A stretch of DNA of 64,000 bases from Chthonomonadales bacterium (GCA_037443035.1 JBBIPC010000009.1:1-64000), one strand, 5' to 3'; shown: positions 39,848 through 49,959, counted from the first letter of the stretch. Numbers and translations: made by a program. Notes: generated by a model from the letters alone, not told the origin.

Positions 39848-40936
39848 ATGCACGAGAACTCCCAACAACCGGTCCGCATCGGGATCGTCGCCGAAGACGT
39901 TTCCCGACTGGCGTACGGCTCCGCTCTTACCGGGATCCCGGGGGCTAAGGTCACTGCTGTGTATGTCACCAGCGATCACGTGGTGCAGGCGCGTGCACGC
40001 ATCAGACAGTTCGGATCCTGCCGTATGTACCACGTTGTCGAGGACCTTCTCGAGAACGCAGACATCCAGGCCGTGATGATCGCTTCTCCTCTGGCTGAAC
40101 GCGCGGAGCACGTAACCCAAGCCATCGGTCGGGACCTCCACGTGCTCGCCGAACAGCCCCTGTCGTCAGACATGGGAGCGTTTCAGGCCATCGCTGAGGC
40201 CGCCGAACGCGCCGGAATCGTGGCTATGCCCGTCCATGCTCTGCGGCACGAGCCAGCCGTGTGCCGGGCGACAAACTGCTTGCTCCAGGGAGATATCGGT
40301 ACCGCCCGTGAACTCCGCTGCGAATGGTCCTGCCGAGCAGCGTGGCTCCAGCGACGGTGGGTGAGTGAATCGTGGATGTCTGCGGTTGCCCATCACGCGA
40401 TCCAGACCCTGGATCTTTCACGGCAGTGGCTAGGGGAACCTATCTCCGTCAGCGCCGACATGGATCTGACAGAGGAGCCTGACGCGCCGGTCGGACTTGC
40501 CAACGTCATCGTCCAGCACGAGCATGGTGTGTCCGTCCATCACATCTACCGGACCAGCGGGACACCCCGCCATGAGCAGTACGTCCTGACAGGTTCGCAA
40601 GGCTCGCTGGAGCTGACAGGACCGGCATCGGGCGCCATGGAGCGTAGTGGATCGCTGCGTCTCACGCTGAGACGGATTGGACAGGACCCGATTTCTTTCG
40701 CCACTTGTCAGGACGAACCGGTCTCAGGGCGTGGGTTCCAGCGCTCTCCGTATAGGAACATGCTCCAGAGCTTCGTGGAGGCGATCCGCCACCAGCACCA
40801 ACCTGCGGTAACCCTCGAGGACAGTTTGGTCGCGTCAGCCGTCTTCGAGGCCGCGGTGGTCTCCTCTCGCGAAGGTGTCAAGGTGCAGATGTCGGTACCG
40901 TTCCGAGCTTCCCCGAGCCTGAACGTACGGAGATAA
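39848..40936 (+). CDS. Degenerate Gfo/Idh/MocA-family protein
   Basis: Gfo-like layout (AV.IASP, HVLAEQP, GDIG), but the GxGxxG and EKP motifs are altered. Confidence 0.75.
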   Translation: MHENSQQPVRIGIVAEDVSRLAYGSALTGIPGAKVTAVYVTSDHVVQARARIRQFGSCRMYHVVEDLLENADIQAVMIASPLAERAEHVTQAIGRDLHVLAEQPLSSDMGAFQAIAEAAERAGIVAMPVHALRHEPAVCRATNCLLQGDIGTARELRCEWSCRAAWLQRRWVSESWMSAVAHHAIQTLDLSRQWLGEPISVSADMDLTEEPDAPVGLANVIVQHEHGVSVHHIYRTSGTPRHEQYVLTGSQGSLELTGPASGAMERSGSLRLTLRRIGQDPISFATCQDEPVSGRGFQRSPYRNMLQSFVEAIRHQHQPAVTLEDSLVASAVFEAAVVSSREGVKVQMSVPFRASPSLNVRR

Positions 40937-41702
40937 CGTCCACGAGGAGCCGCAGTGCGGCCGACGTGGCGACGACGAAGTGCGAGGTCGTGCGCCAGCG
41001 ATCCAAGAGCGCACCGACGTCCAGTGAGCTGCCGTCCAAATGGTAGGTACGAGCGCCTGCTTCGCCGCAGATGCAGAGGGAGGCCGCGAGGTCGTGCATG
41101 CCTTCGCCAATGCCAATGGCCGCCACTGCCTTGCCCTCAGCTACAAGGCACATCTCGAGGGCGATGCTTCCCAGGCATCGTAGCCGGCAGACGAGACGCG
41201 ATGTATCCAGCGTTTTCAGGGCACTAGTGGAGACGCAGACCAGATCCTCGTAGGCCAGCGCCGCGGGCATCTCCGCCTGCAGCCGCCTACCGTTGCACCA
41301 CGCACCGGAACCTGCCAGGGCCGCGTAGGTGAGCTCCAGAGCTGGCGCATGTACGATTCCCAGTACCGGGTTGCCTTCTTGGAGAAGCCCGACGGAGACG
41401 CACCAGTGGGGCAGCCCCCGCACAAAGTTCGTTGTCCCATCTATAGGGTCACAGATCCACGTGAGAATGCCGTTGGCGCCTCGCCGGCCGTACTCTTCGC
41501 CCGCAAAGTCGCTGCCTGGCAGCAGTTCGGTTAGGGAATCCGCAAGGAACGATTCCGTGCACCGGTCCACCTCTGTCACCAGGGAGCTGTCAGCCTTTGT
41601 CTCCGCGGCGATCGCGCCCCAATGTCCCAGAGCTGCGTGCCCGGCTTCTCTCACCAGAGCTTCCAGGCGGGGGAGCAGCTTCTCGAGTTCGGAGATCTTC
41701 AC
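40878..41702 (-). CDS. Inositol monophosphatase-family phosphatase
   Basis: GTG start overlaps the mdh stop; K.D.SLVT, GEE, DPIDGTTNF and HDLAA motifs. Confidence 0.88.
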   Translation of the reverse strand: MKISELEKLLPRLEALVREAGHAALGHWGAIAAETKADSSLVTEVDRCTESFLADSLTELLPGSDFAGEEYGRRGANGILTWICDPIDGTTNFVRGLPHWCVSVGLLQEGNPVLGIVHAPALELTYAALAGSGAWCNGRRLQAEMPAALAYEDLVCVSTSALKTLDTSRLVCRLRCLGSIALEMCLVAEGKAVAAIGIGEGMHDLAASLCICGEAGARTYHLDGSSLDVGALLDRWRTTSHFVVATSAALRLLVDVISVRSGSGKLGTVPTSAP

Positions 41703-42709
41703 AGGTGAGGATTCACGTCGGGCCATTGCTCCAGAGGTGGCAGCAGGCCCGCCGCGATGACCTCGTCCCGGAGGGCGCACAGGTGGCGGTAACTCTCCTG
41801 CAAGGCGCGCATGTCTTCCTCCGTGCCGGAAGGTACGGACGGCTCCATGCCGAAGACGGAGAACCGCACTGGCGCAGCCATCATGACTCCGGCAAATGGA
41901 CCCGAGGAGAAGTACGCGCCGCAAGGCCAGGGGTAGTCGGCACACGTTATGCGAGCACGGAGCATCTCGACACTCTGGTGGGCCGGTGACTGGAAGGACG
42001 ATCTACCGCGCAGGGCAATGATCCGACTGCCTCCGTTGCGTACCGCCTCCTGAATGGCTTGCCAGTCCGCAGGTGACATACCCTTCCCGTCCACAGTAGC
42101 ACCACGGAGAAGCTCCAGCAGCGGGACGCCCTTGACAGCGATGCCGGCCGAGAACACAGCCATTTTCTCGCCATGACCGCCGTAGGTAGCGCAGCCGGTC
42201 ACCTCGTCAGGCAGGACGCCGAAGTGCGCTGCCAGCGCAGCCCGCAGGCGCGTGCTGTCCAGCGCGGCGAGCGTGCTCACGCGCCCCGGCTCCAGACCCG
42301 AGTGGACGAGCGTGGTCAATCCCGTGATGTCGGCGGGATTGAAGATGATGATCACGTACTCTGCGTCGGGAGCATATCGGCGAATGTCCTGTCCAAGCTG
42401 CCGTGCTATCTCGCAGTTTCCGAGAAGTAGGTCCTCGCGCGTCATGCCCTCTTTTCGGGGCGCTCCGCCGGACGAAATGATGTAGGTCGCGCCCTCGAGC
42501 GCCTGAGCTGCGTCGGTCGTCCAGGTAATGTCCGCTCCAGGGTAAGCGCAGTGGAGTATCTCCTGAGCGGCCCCTTCCAGGCCCTTCTCGTAGGGGTCGT
42601 ACATGGAGATTCTCGACGCAGTGCCGGTGGAGAGCAGATCCTGAACAAGGTTGCTCCCGATGGCACCCGCAGCACCGAGCACTGCAACCTTCTTGTCTGT
42701 CAAGTACAT
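41699..42709 (-). CDS. mdh: Malate dehydrogenase (LDH/MDH family)
   Basis: GAAGAIG, substrate loop [14 protein letters not shown] (Arg, malate-specific), NPAD, LDSTR and GGHGE. Confidence 0.9.
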   Translation of the reverse strand: MYLTDKKVAVLGAAGAIGSNLVQDLLSTGTASRISMYDPYEKGLEGAAQEILHCAYPGADITWTTDAAQALEGATYIISSGGAPRKEGMTREDLLLGNCEIARQLGQDIRRYAPDAEYVIIIFNPADITGLTTLVHSGLEPGRVSTLAALDSTRLRAALAAHFGVLPDEVTGCATYGGHGEKMAVFSAGIAVKGVPLLELLRGATVDGKGMSPADWQAIQEAVRNGGSRIIALRGRSSFQSPAHQSVEMLRARITCADYPWPCGAYFSSGPFAGVMMAAPVRFSVFGMEPSVPSGTEEDMRALQESYRHLCALRDEVIAAGLLPPLEQWPDVNPHL

Positions 42710-42776
42710 GCGTTTCTCCTTTCCCTGGGGCAGCTCGAGCTTCGTCACCTTGGCTCCCTACCGACGCCGCGGACTA

Positions 42777-43652
42777 TCAGCCTGCACGCAAGACCTGCCT
42801 CACCAGCTCGGGGATCTCGTGGGGCGCGTCCGCAACCGGAACGCCCGCGGACTGGAAGGCTTCGACCTTGGCCTGCGCCGTGCCTGACCGCCCGCTGACG
42901 ATCGCACCCGCATGCCCCATACGCTTCCCGGGCGGAGCACTTCTCCCGCCGATGAACGCCACGACGGGCTTCGTCATTTCCCGAATGAACTCCGCGGCCT
43001 GTTCTTCGTCCGATCCGCCAATCTCCCCGATCAGCACCACGGCCCCAGTCTGCGGATCACGTTCGAACATGTCCAGCACTTCGGCGAAGCCGGTCCCCGG
43101 GATTGGGTCGCCACCTATGCCCACGCAAGTGCTCTGGCCCAGACCTGCGGCCGTCAAGGAATCGACGATCTCGTACGTGAGGGTCCCAGACCTCGACACG
43201 ACGCCCACACTGCCAGGCGAGAATGCCTCCGCCGGCATGATGCCTACCTTGCATTCGCCTGGCGTGATGACCCCAGGACAGTTGGGGCCTATCAGTACCA
43301 CGCCACGTTCCCTCACGTACGGTCGTATACGGATCATGTCGTGGACAGGCACACCATCTGTGATGGCAACGATGAGGCGTACCCCTGCCTCGGCCGATTC
43401 GAGGATCGCGTCCGTCGCGAACGGACCGGGCACGAACACGATGGCCGTGTCGGCGACGGCATGCCGCATGGACTCTGCTACAGTGTCATAGACCGGAATG
43501 CCATCCGCAGTCGTTGTCCCACCCCTGCCCGGCACAACGCCAGCAACGACCTGCGTGCCGTAGCGAATCATTTGGGAAGTGTGGAAGCTGCCCTCTCGAC
43601 CCGTGATGCCCTGGACCAGGACTCGCGACTCCTTGCTGACCAGTATGCTCAT
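42777..43652 (-). CDS. sucD: Succinate-CoA ligase alpha subunit
   Basis: [25 protein letters not shown] and MGHAGA motifs. Confidence 0.95.
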   Translation of the reverse strand: MSILVSKESRVLVQGITGREGSFHTSQMIRYGTQVVAGVVPGRGGTTTADGIPVYDTVAESMRHAVADTAIVFVPGPFATDAILESAEAGVRLIVAITDGVPVHDMIRIRPYVRERGVVLIGPNCPGVITPGECKVGIMPAEAFSPGSVGVVSRSGTLTYEIVDSLTAAGLGQSTCVGIGGDPIPGTGFAEVLDMFERDPQTGAVVLIGEIGGSDEEQAAEFIREMTKPVVAFIGGRSAPPGKRMGHAGAIVSGRSGTAQAKVEAFQSAGVPVADAPHEIPELVRQVLRAG

Positions 43653-43987
43653 GCCGCCGTGTTATGAATCTCCTGTTCTTCTGTTGCCACCGGCGTTCCC
43701 GTCCGGCCCTCCAGCCGTTGGACACGCTGCTCCAATTTGGCTATACGAGATTCCATGCGCTCGAGCGCCGAATCGAAGCTCAGGTCGTACTCCGTGGAGG
43801 TCGCCCGTAGGTCTGCGATCTCTCTGCGCAGTTCCTGAAGCCGGGCTTCGACCTTCTCATTTGGTGCTGACTGAGCCCTCAGTTGCATTTCCATGACCTT
43901 GCGGCGGTGCTCCGTCCAGATGGCAACGATGGGCACCGAGAAGATGATAGCCATGATGCCCAGCACGAACAAGAAAGGGTTGAACAT
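43649..43987 (-). CDS. Small single-TM coiled-coil protein (paralog 2)
   Basis: N-terminal TM helix followed by a coiled coil; similar to 44004-44297. Confidence 0.75.
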   Translation of the reverse strand: MFNPFLFVLGIMAIIFSVPIVAIWTEHRRKVMEMQLRAQSAPNEKVEARLQELRREIADLRATSTEYDLSFDSALERMESRIAKLEQRVQRLEGRTGTPVATEEQEIHNTAA

Positions 43988-44003
43988 GCCGATCACTCCG
44001 CTG

Positions 44004-44297
44004 TCATGTGCCCTGGCCGGTGTGGACTTCCTCACTGGCGGCTTGCCGAAGACGAGCCTCGAGATGCGCCACGCGACTTTCCAAGTTCTGAAGCGCTGTA
44101 TCGAAGCTGAGGTCGAACCGCGTGGTAGTGTCGCGCAGACTCGCTATCTCGGCACGTAGCTCTTCGATGGCCCGCTGCTCGCCCGCGTCCTGACGCGAGC
44201 GATGTTTGATCTCTAGTACCTTGCGGTGATGCGCCGTCAGGATAGCCAGAACCGGTATCCCGAAGATGAGCAGAATGGCCAACATGCCTTCGTTCAT
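44004..44297 (-). CDS. Small single-TM coiled-coil protein (paralog 1)
   Basis: SD GGGAG; TM IFGIPVLAIL, then HHRK and a DLSFD.AL..LESR..LE coiled coil. Confidence 0.75.
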   Translation of the reverse strand: MNEGMLAILLIFGIPVLAILTAHHRKVLEIKHRSRQDAGEQRAIEELRAEIASLRDTTTRFDLSFDTALQNLESRVAHLEARLRQAASEEVHTGQGT

Positions 44298-44327
44298 TCT
44301 CGAACTCCCGTGAGCATCCGCCCCACG

Positions 44328-45053
44328 CTACGCCACCGCAGCCAATGCCTGCAGCAATCTGACAGCGCCCGTGTACAAGGCGCGTCCCACAATGACACCC
44401 TCGACGTTAGCCGGTGCTTCGGCTCTCAACCGTACCAGGTCCTCGATGGAGCCGATGCCACCCGAGGCGATCACAGGAACAGCTACCGCCTCGGCCAGTG
44501 CCTTCAGCGCGGCCAGATTTGCGCCAGTCTGCGTCCCGTCGCGGGCGATATCGGTGAAGATAAGACGCGCTGCCCCTAGCTCGGTCATTTGGAGCGCGAA
44601 TCGCGGAGCCTCCCAGTCCGTCTCTTGGAGCCAACCCTGAACCGCGACGCGGCCGTCTCGGGCATCTATGCCCGCCACGACGCGTTCTCCGAAAGTGCTG
44701 AAGAACTCCCCGGCCAGAGCGAGGTCGGCAGCGATGCTCGTACCCACAATCACTCGATCCACGCCAAGACCGAGGACTTCCCTTGCCACCTCCACACTGC
44801 GAATGCCCCCGCCCATCTGCACTGGTATGCCGGTCCTTCGCACAATGGCGGTCACGGCAGCCAGGTTCTCTGGTCGGGGTCTTCCTTCTCTTGCACCGTC
44901 GAGGTCTACGACATGAAGGCGCCGAGCACCCTCCCCGACCCACCGAAGAGCATACTCCAGGGGATCGCCGAACGTCATCTGACGTCCGTAGTCCCCCTGA
45001 ACAAGCCGCACGCACTGACCCTCGCGCAGGTCAATCGCAGGGATGATTTCCAT
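44328..45053 (-). CDS. hisA: ProFAR isomerase
   Basis: IIPAIDL, HVVDLDGA, GGGIR and TDIARDG motifs. Confidence 0.96.
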   Translation of the reverse strand: MEIIPAIDLREGQCVRLVQGDYGRQMTFGDPLEYALRWVGEGARRLHVVDLDGAREGRPRPENLAAVTAIVRRTGIPVQMGGGIRSVEVAREVLGLGVDRVIVGTSIAADLALAGEFFSTFGERVVAGIDARDGRVAVQGWLQETDWEAPRFALQMTELGAARLIFTDIARDGTQTGANLAALKALAEAVAVPVIASGGIGSIEDLVRLRAEAPANVEGVIVGRALYTGAVRLLQALAAVA

Positions 45054-45063
45054 TCGATGTCAC

Positions 45064-45684
45064 CTACGACGCCAGAGCGGTGAAGTTTCGGAGGATCTCC
45101 AATCCCACCGTGCCGCTCTTCTCCGGGTGAAACTGCGTCGCGAACAGATTGCCCACCTGGATAGCGCTACAGAACTCCCCTCCGTAATCCGTCGTTGCCG
45201 CGACGCAGCTCTCGTCTTCGGGCACGGGATAGTACGAGTGAACGAAGTAGACCATGGCACCTTCCGGCACGCCTGCGAACAGTGGACCCTCCCGGACGAT
45301 GTGCAGACTGTTCCAGCCCATGTGTGGCACTTTCAGCCCCGCACGTTGCCCCTCCGCGACGAAGCGGACTACCTTGCCGGACACCACGTCGAGCCCACCC
45401 ACGTTGCCCCCCTCTTCGCTGGCGCTGAAGAGCATCTGCATGCCGATGCAAATGCCCAGAAACGGCCGACCGGATCCGATGAAGGTGCGCACTGCTTCAT
45501 CGAGACCAGCCGCACGAAGCCCCTTCATACAGTGATCGAAAGCCCCGACGCCGGGCAAGATGACCGCGTCTGCCCGAGCTACCGGCGCCGGGTCGTGGAC
45601 TATCTGGGCTTTCACCCCGAGGTAGTGCAGCGCCTTGTCCACGCTGCCGAGGTTCCCGGCGCCGTAATCCACCACTGCGATCAT
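45064..45684 (-). CDS. hisH: Imidazole glycerol phosphate synthase, glutaminase subunit
   Basis: MIAVVDYGAGN, PGVG, GICIGMQ, PHMGWN and QFHPEKS. Confidence 0.96.
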   Translation of the reverse strand: MIAVVDYGAGNLGSVDKALHYLGVKAQIVHDPAPVARADAVILPGVGAFDHCMKGLRAAGLDEAVRTFIGSGRPFLGICIGMQMLFSASEEGGNVGGLDVVSGKVVRFVAEGQRAGLKVPHMGWNSLHIVREGPLFAGVPEGAMVYFVHSYYPVPEDESCVAATTDYGGEFCSAIQVGNLFATQFHPEKSGTVGLEILRNFTALAS

Positions 45685-46688
45685 GGCAGCGCCCCGATGG
45701 CGCGATGCCAGCGAGAGAGAATCTCCTGCTCCCTGTCGCGGTTCATGCCGGCGAGCAGTCCTGTGCCTCGACGTTCGCGATCGTACCAGCACAGTGTGTC
45801 CCGGACAGTCTCGATGATCGGCCGCGTTTTCAGGCCGGCGTTCCAAGCGCGCATGCCATCCACACATTCCATGCCTGCGTGCTCGGAGCGTGCCGGCAAC
45901 CACAAGGGGAGGTCCGCCCACGGTTCCGCGCCGCACTGGAGCAGGAATCCGTCCGGCACCCATACCAGGCGTGCAGCGCTCCCACTGGCCCGGACGCACG
46001 CATCCAGCAAGTCTCCGAAGGTGGTCGGCGGATTGGGTCCGACTGCATTGAAGACGCCGGACTCGCGACGCTCCAGCATGGCGACGATCCATTCCGCCAA
46101 ATCCCGAACATCCACGAACTGCACCGGACGTGCCGGGTCGCCGGGCGCCAGGACGTTCCCACCCACGGAGATTCGGACGGGCCAGTACGTGAAGCGATCG
46201 GTGGGGTCCCATGGCCCCACGATTAGCCCTGGACGGACGACAAGGCAACGCTTCGCGTAGCACTGCTCCACCACTCGCTCGCATGCGGCCTTGAGCGCTC
46301 CGTACGTCTCACCTGTCACGGTCTCTTCGAGAGGGTTTTCCAACGTCGCAAGCGGCGCTTCCTCCGTCACTCCTTCCGACGAGAGATCCGCGTACGCCGA
46401 GATGGAGGAGATGAACGCGTAGATCTCGCATCTGGAGGCGAGGCGCTGGGCAGACTGAGCGACAACCCTCGGCACGTATCCGCAAGTATCCAACACCGCA
46501 TCCCACTCCCTGCCGTCGAGGGTCTCCAAGCCGCCGTCGCGATCACCCAGCACATGCTCGGCTTCTGGAAAAAGTTCCGATCCGTGGCGACCGCGATGGA
46601 AGAGAGTGACCTCGTGGCCGCGGCGCAGCGCCGCTTCGACGCAATGACGCCCGAGGAAGATGGTCCCCCCGATGACGAGAAGCCGCAT
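45681..46688 (-). CDS. NAD-dependent epimerase/isoflavone reductase-like SDR
   Basis: GGTIFLG, FHRG, YGALK and RPGLIVGP.D.TDRF motifs. Confidence 0.88.
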   Translation of the reverse strand: MRLLVIGGTIFLGRHCVEAALRRGHEVTLFHRGRHGSELFPEAEHVLGDRDGGLETLDGREWDAVLDTCGYVPRVVAQSAQRLASRCEIYAFISSISAYADLSSEGVTEEAPLATLENPLEETVTGETYGALKAACERVVEQCYAKRCLVVRPGLIVGPWDPTDRFTYWPVRISVGGNVLAPGDPARPVQFVDVRDLAEWIVAMLERRESGVFNAVGPNPPTTFGDLLDACVRASGSAARLVWVPDGFLLQCGAEPWADLPLWLPARSEHAGMECVDGMRAWNAGLKTRPIIETVRDTLCWYDRERRGTGLLAGMNRDREQEILSRWHRAIGALP

Positions 46689-46689
46689 C

Positions 46690-47286
46690 TCACAGGGTTC
46701 CTTTCGTGGACGGAATGCCGCTGCGGCGATCGTCCACGGAGATTGCCGTGGCCATTGCCCTGGCAAGCGCCTTGAACGCCGCTTCCACGATGTGATGTGC
46801 GTTGCGCCCGGTTATCAGGCGGATATGGAGGGTCAGACCGGCGTGCGCTGCGAAAGCCCGGAAGAACTCGGGCACCAGCTCCGCGTCCATGGATCCGAGA
46901 CGTTCCGCCGTCATGGGTAGCTCCGTGACGCTCATACCGCGTCCGCTGACGTCCACTGCGCAGAGCACCAAGCTCTCGTCCATGGGAACGATCGCATGGC
47001 CGTAGCGACGAATGCCTGCTGCGTCACCCAGCGCCTGCCGAAGCGCCGCGCCCAGTGCGATACCCACATCCTCCACCGTGTGGTGAGCGTCCACATGGAG
47101 ATCGCCTGTGCACGCCACCTTGAGGTCGAACAGTCCATGGTAGGCGAGCTGCTCCAGCATGTGATCGAAGAAGCCCACGCCCGTCGTGATGTCAGCCTTG
47201 CCCTCACCATCCAGCACCAGTTCGATCTGGATTCTCGTTTCCTGTGTCTGTCGTGAAATCAGCGCTTTGCGACTAGTCGGCGTCAT
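46690..47286 (-). CDS. hisB: Imidazoleglycerol-phosphate dehydratase (monofunctional)
   Basis: FFDHML, DAHHTVED, NAHHIVE and PSTKG motifs. Confidence 0.96.
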   Translation of the reverse strand: MTPTSRKALISRQTQETRIQIELVLDGEGKADITTGVGFFDHMLEQLAYHGLFDLKVACTGDLHVDAHHTVEDVGIALGAALRQALGDAAGIRRYGHAIVPMDESLVLCAVDVSGRGMSVTELPMTAERLGSMDAELVPEFFRAFAAHAGLTLHIRLITGRNAHHIVEAAFKALARAMATAISVDDRRSGIPSTKGTL

Positions 47287-48607
47287 CGCACACCTCTTCG
47301 TCCACTACCGTGTCGGACCTTCTGTCATGCTGCAGCCGGGTCCGTACGGCGGCAGCGTGCCCCTCGAACCCTTCAGCGCTGGCCAACGCGATGAGGTCAT
47401 CGGCCGCACTGAGCAGCGCCCCCTCGGCCAGTGCTATGATGCTTGTCTTCTTCAGGAACGTATCCACGTTCAAGGGCGACCAGAAGCGCGCTGTACCGCC
47501 GGTAGGCAGCGTGTGACTTGGACCTGCCATGTAGTCGCCCGCAGTCTGAGGTGTCCAGTGCCCAAGCATGACGGCACCAGCATTCCTTACCTTGTCCAGC
47601 ACGCCGAACGGGTTCTCCACCAGCAGGGCCAGGTGCTCCGGCGCGCACGCATTGGCCAGTTCGAGCGCCTCATCCAGCGTGCGGGTTACGACGCATGCAC
47701 CACGTTCCATCAGGGACTTCTCGGCGATTGCTCGTCGAGGAAGCACGTCCAGTTGCCTCAAGATCTCCTGCTGCGTTTGCTCAGCGATACTCCGTGACGG
47801 TGTGAGCAGGAACGCGGCGCAGTCCGGATCGTGCTCCGCCTGTGTGATGAGATCCGCTGCGACGAATCGAGGGTCGGCGGTCTCATCGGCCACGACGCAT
47901 ACTTCGCTTGGACCCGCCAACATGTCCATGTCGGTCACACCCCACAGAGCGCGCTTGGCTGCGCAGACGTAGGTGTTTCCGGGGCCGACGATCTTGTCAA
48001 CCCTGGGGATCGTAGCAGTACCGTAGGCTAAGGCGGCGACGGCCTGAGCTCCACCAACCTTGTACACGGCCTGCACACCTGCCAGTCGCGCCGCATACAG
48101 GACCGCAGGGCTGACCGACCCATCCTTAGCCACAGGGGAACAGACCACCACTTCGCGAACGCCCGCGACGCGGGCGGGGATGGCGCACATCAGCACGCTG
48201 CTCGGGTAGGCCGCACGACCTCCGGGAACATACACACCCACCCTCTCCAGAGGTCGTATCAACTGGCCCACGATCTTTCCGTCCGCATGCTGGAACCAGC
48301 TCGTCCGGAGCTGTGCCTCGTGAAAGGCGCGGATCGAGGCTGCAGCATGCTCCAGCGCCTCCCGAACGGCGTGATCCAGGCGATCCCCGGCGGCATCCAG
48401 TTCCGCGGGATCCACCGCCAGTGAACAGAGGCCTTCGCTATCGAACTCTCGACCCAGCTCCAGAAGCGCCGCATCACCGCGGGCACGCACATCGCTGATG
48501 ATGGCGAGCACGGCATCCTCTATGGCGGGGTCAATGTCCACCCCTTCCCTCTGGACTGCAGCCAGGGCCGATTCCCAGCCGTCTCTCTCGACGTCAACCC
48601 ACCTCAC
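47273..48607 (-). CDS. hisD: Histidinol dehydrogenase
   Basis: GVYVPGG, YPSS, GPGN, AGPSE, QAEH, PEHL and HTLPT motifs; GTG start after GGAGG. Confidence 0.95.
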   Translation of the reverse strand: MRWVDVERDGWESALAAVQREGVDIDPAIEDAVLAIISDVRARGDAALLELGREFDSEGLCSLAVDPAELDAAGDRLDHAVREALEHAAASIRAFHEAQLRTSWFQHADGKIVGQLIRPLERVGVYVPGGRAAYPSSVLMCAIPARVAGVREVVVCSPVAKDGSVSPAVLYAARLAGVQAVYKVGGAQAVAALAYGTATIPRVDKIVGPGNTYVCAAKRALWGVTDMDMLAGPSEVCVVADETADPRFVAADLITQAEHDPDCAAFLLTPSRSIAEQTQQEILRQLDVLPRRAIAEKSLMERGACVVTRTLDEALELANACAPEHLALLVENPFGVLDKVRNAGAVMLGHWTPQTAGDYMAGPSHTLPTGGTARFWSPLNVDTFLKKTSIIALAEGALLSAADDLIALASAEGFEGHAAAVRTRLQHDRRSDTVVDEEVCDDAD

Positions 48608-48641
48608 TCGATCGCCTCCAGGCCCATGATACCCGTGGGTA

Positions 48642-48650
48642 TGGTAGAAT
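48642..48650 (+). promoter_or_regulatory. Putative extended -10 for dapL-hflX
   Basis: TGgTAGAAT; a divergent TATCAT on the minus strand at 48626-48631 could serve hisD. Confidence 0.45.
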
Positions 48651-48731
48651 GCGCAGCCTGAGACGCGTGTTGCGGCAGGAGCATAGCTACGCGAAACGGC
48701 TCGAAGCCGCGCAATACCAGGAGGAGAAGCC

Positions 48732-49910
48732 ATGCCCAAACGAGCTTCGCGGCTCGATTCCATCCCGCCGTATCTTTTCGGCGAGATAGCCAAGCTCAAA
48801 GCCCAGGCCATTGCCGAGGGTCGAGACCTGATTGACCTGGGTATTGGCGATCCCGATCAGCCAACACCGCCCGACATCGTCGAGGCCTTGGCCAAGGCTG
48901 CCGCGGATCCGGCGACGCATCGGTATGACGAGTCGCCGGCCGGAGACCCGCAGTTCCTCGAGGCGGTAGCGCGATGGTTCCAGCGCCGCTTCGGCGTGGA
49001 GGTCTCTGCCGACAGACACATCCTCCAGCTCATCGGATCCAAGGAGGGGCTCGCCCACATCGCCTGGGCGTTTCTCGACCCTGGCGATGTCTCGCTTGTG
49101 CCAGACCCTGCCTACACCGTGTACAGGGTGAATACCCTCATGGCAGGTGGCAACGTGCACACCATGCCGCTCCGCTTCGAGCGGCAATTCCTGCCCGACC
49201 TGACCGCTATCCCCACAGACATCGCACGTACGGCCAAGCTGCTGTGGCTGAACTATCCCAACAACCCGACTGGGGCCACGGCGCCGCTTGCGTTCTACGC
49301 CGACGCCGTCCGTTTCTGCCGGGAGTACGACATCCTCCTCATCAACGATGCGGCCTACGCAGAGGTGACGTTCGACGGCTACAGAGCCCCGTCCGTCCTG
49401 CAGGTCGAGGGCGCCATGGATGTCGCTATCGAGTTTCACTCGTTCTCCAAGATGTTCAACATGACCGGCTGGCGTATCGGCATGGCGATCGGCAATCCCG
49501 ACGCCATCGCCACGCTGAACAAGCTGAAATCGAACGTTGACAGCAAGCAGTTCGCCGCGATAGCACGGGCAGCCGCCTATGCAGCCGACAGCGCCTCCAA
49601 CTCGCCGACGCTCGAGCTCATTGCCAGGCGCCGAGATATCCTCGTGGAGGGACTGCAGCGGCTGGGCTGGAGTTTGGAGAAACCTAGGGCGACGTTCTAC
49701 GTGTGGTTACCCGTCCCACAAGGTGAAACCAGCATGACGTTCGCTCGTAGGTTATTGGAGACGGCGGGCGTTCTCGCCATCCCGGGGATCGGATACGGTG
49801 AGTACGGTGAGGGTTACGTACGCATGTCGTTGACGGTGGCTGGAGATCGGAACGGTGAGCGGGTGGCTGAGGCAGTTCGGCGCATCGGTGACGCCGGCCT
49901 CCATCCCTGA
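48732..49910 (+). CDS. dapL: LL-diaminopimelate aminotransferase (class I/II PLP)
   Basis: PPYLF, GIGDPD, LIGSKEG, NYPNNPT and EFHSFSK.FNMTGWR motifs. Confidence 0.78.
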   Translation: MPKRASRLDSIPPYLFGEIAKLKAQAIAEGRDLIDLGIGDPDQPTPPDIVEALAKAAADPATHRYDESPAGDPQFLEAVARWFQRRFGVEVSADRHILQLIGSKEGLAHIAWAFLDPGDVSLVPDPAYTVYRVNTLMAGGNVHTMPLRFERQFLPDLTAIPTDIARTAKLLWLNYPNNPTGATAPLAFYADAVRFCREYDILLINDAAYAEVTFDGYRAPSVLQVEGAMDVAIEFHSFSKMFNMTGWRIGMAIGNPDAIATLNKLKSNVDSKQFAAIARAAAYAADSASNSPTLELIARRRDILVEGLQRLGWSLEKPRATFYVWLPVPQGETSMTFARRLLETAGVLAIPGIGYGEYGEGYVRMSLTVAGDRNGERVAEAVRRIGDAGLHP

Positions 49911-49959
49911 TCACGCAGCGCTCATGCGCCAGGCTCGCGCCTTCTGAGCAGCAAGTATC

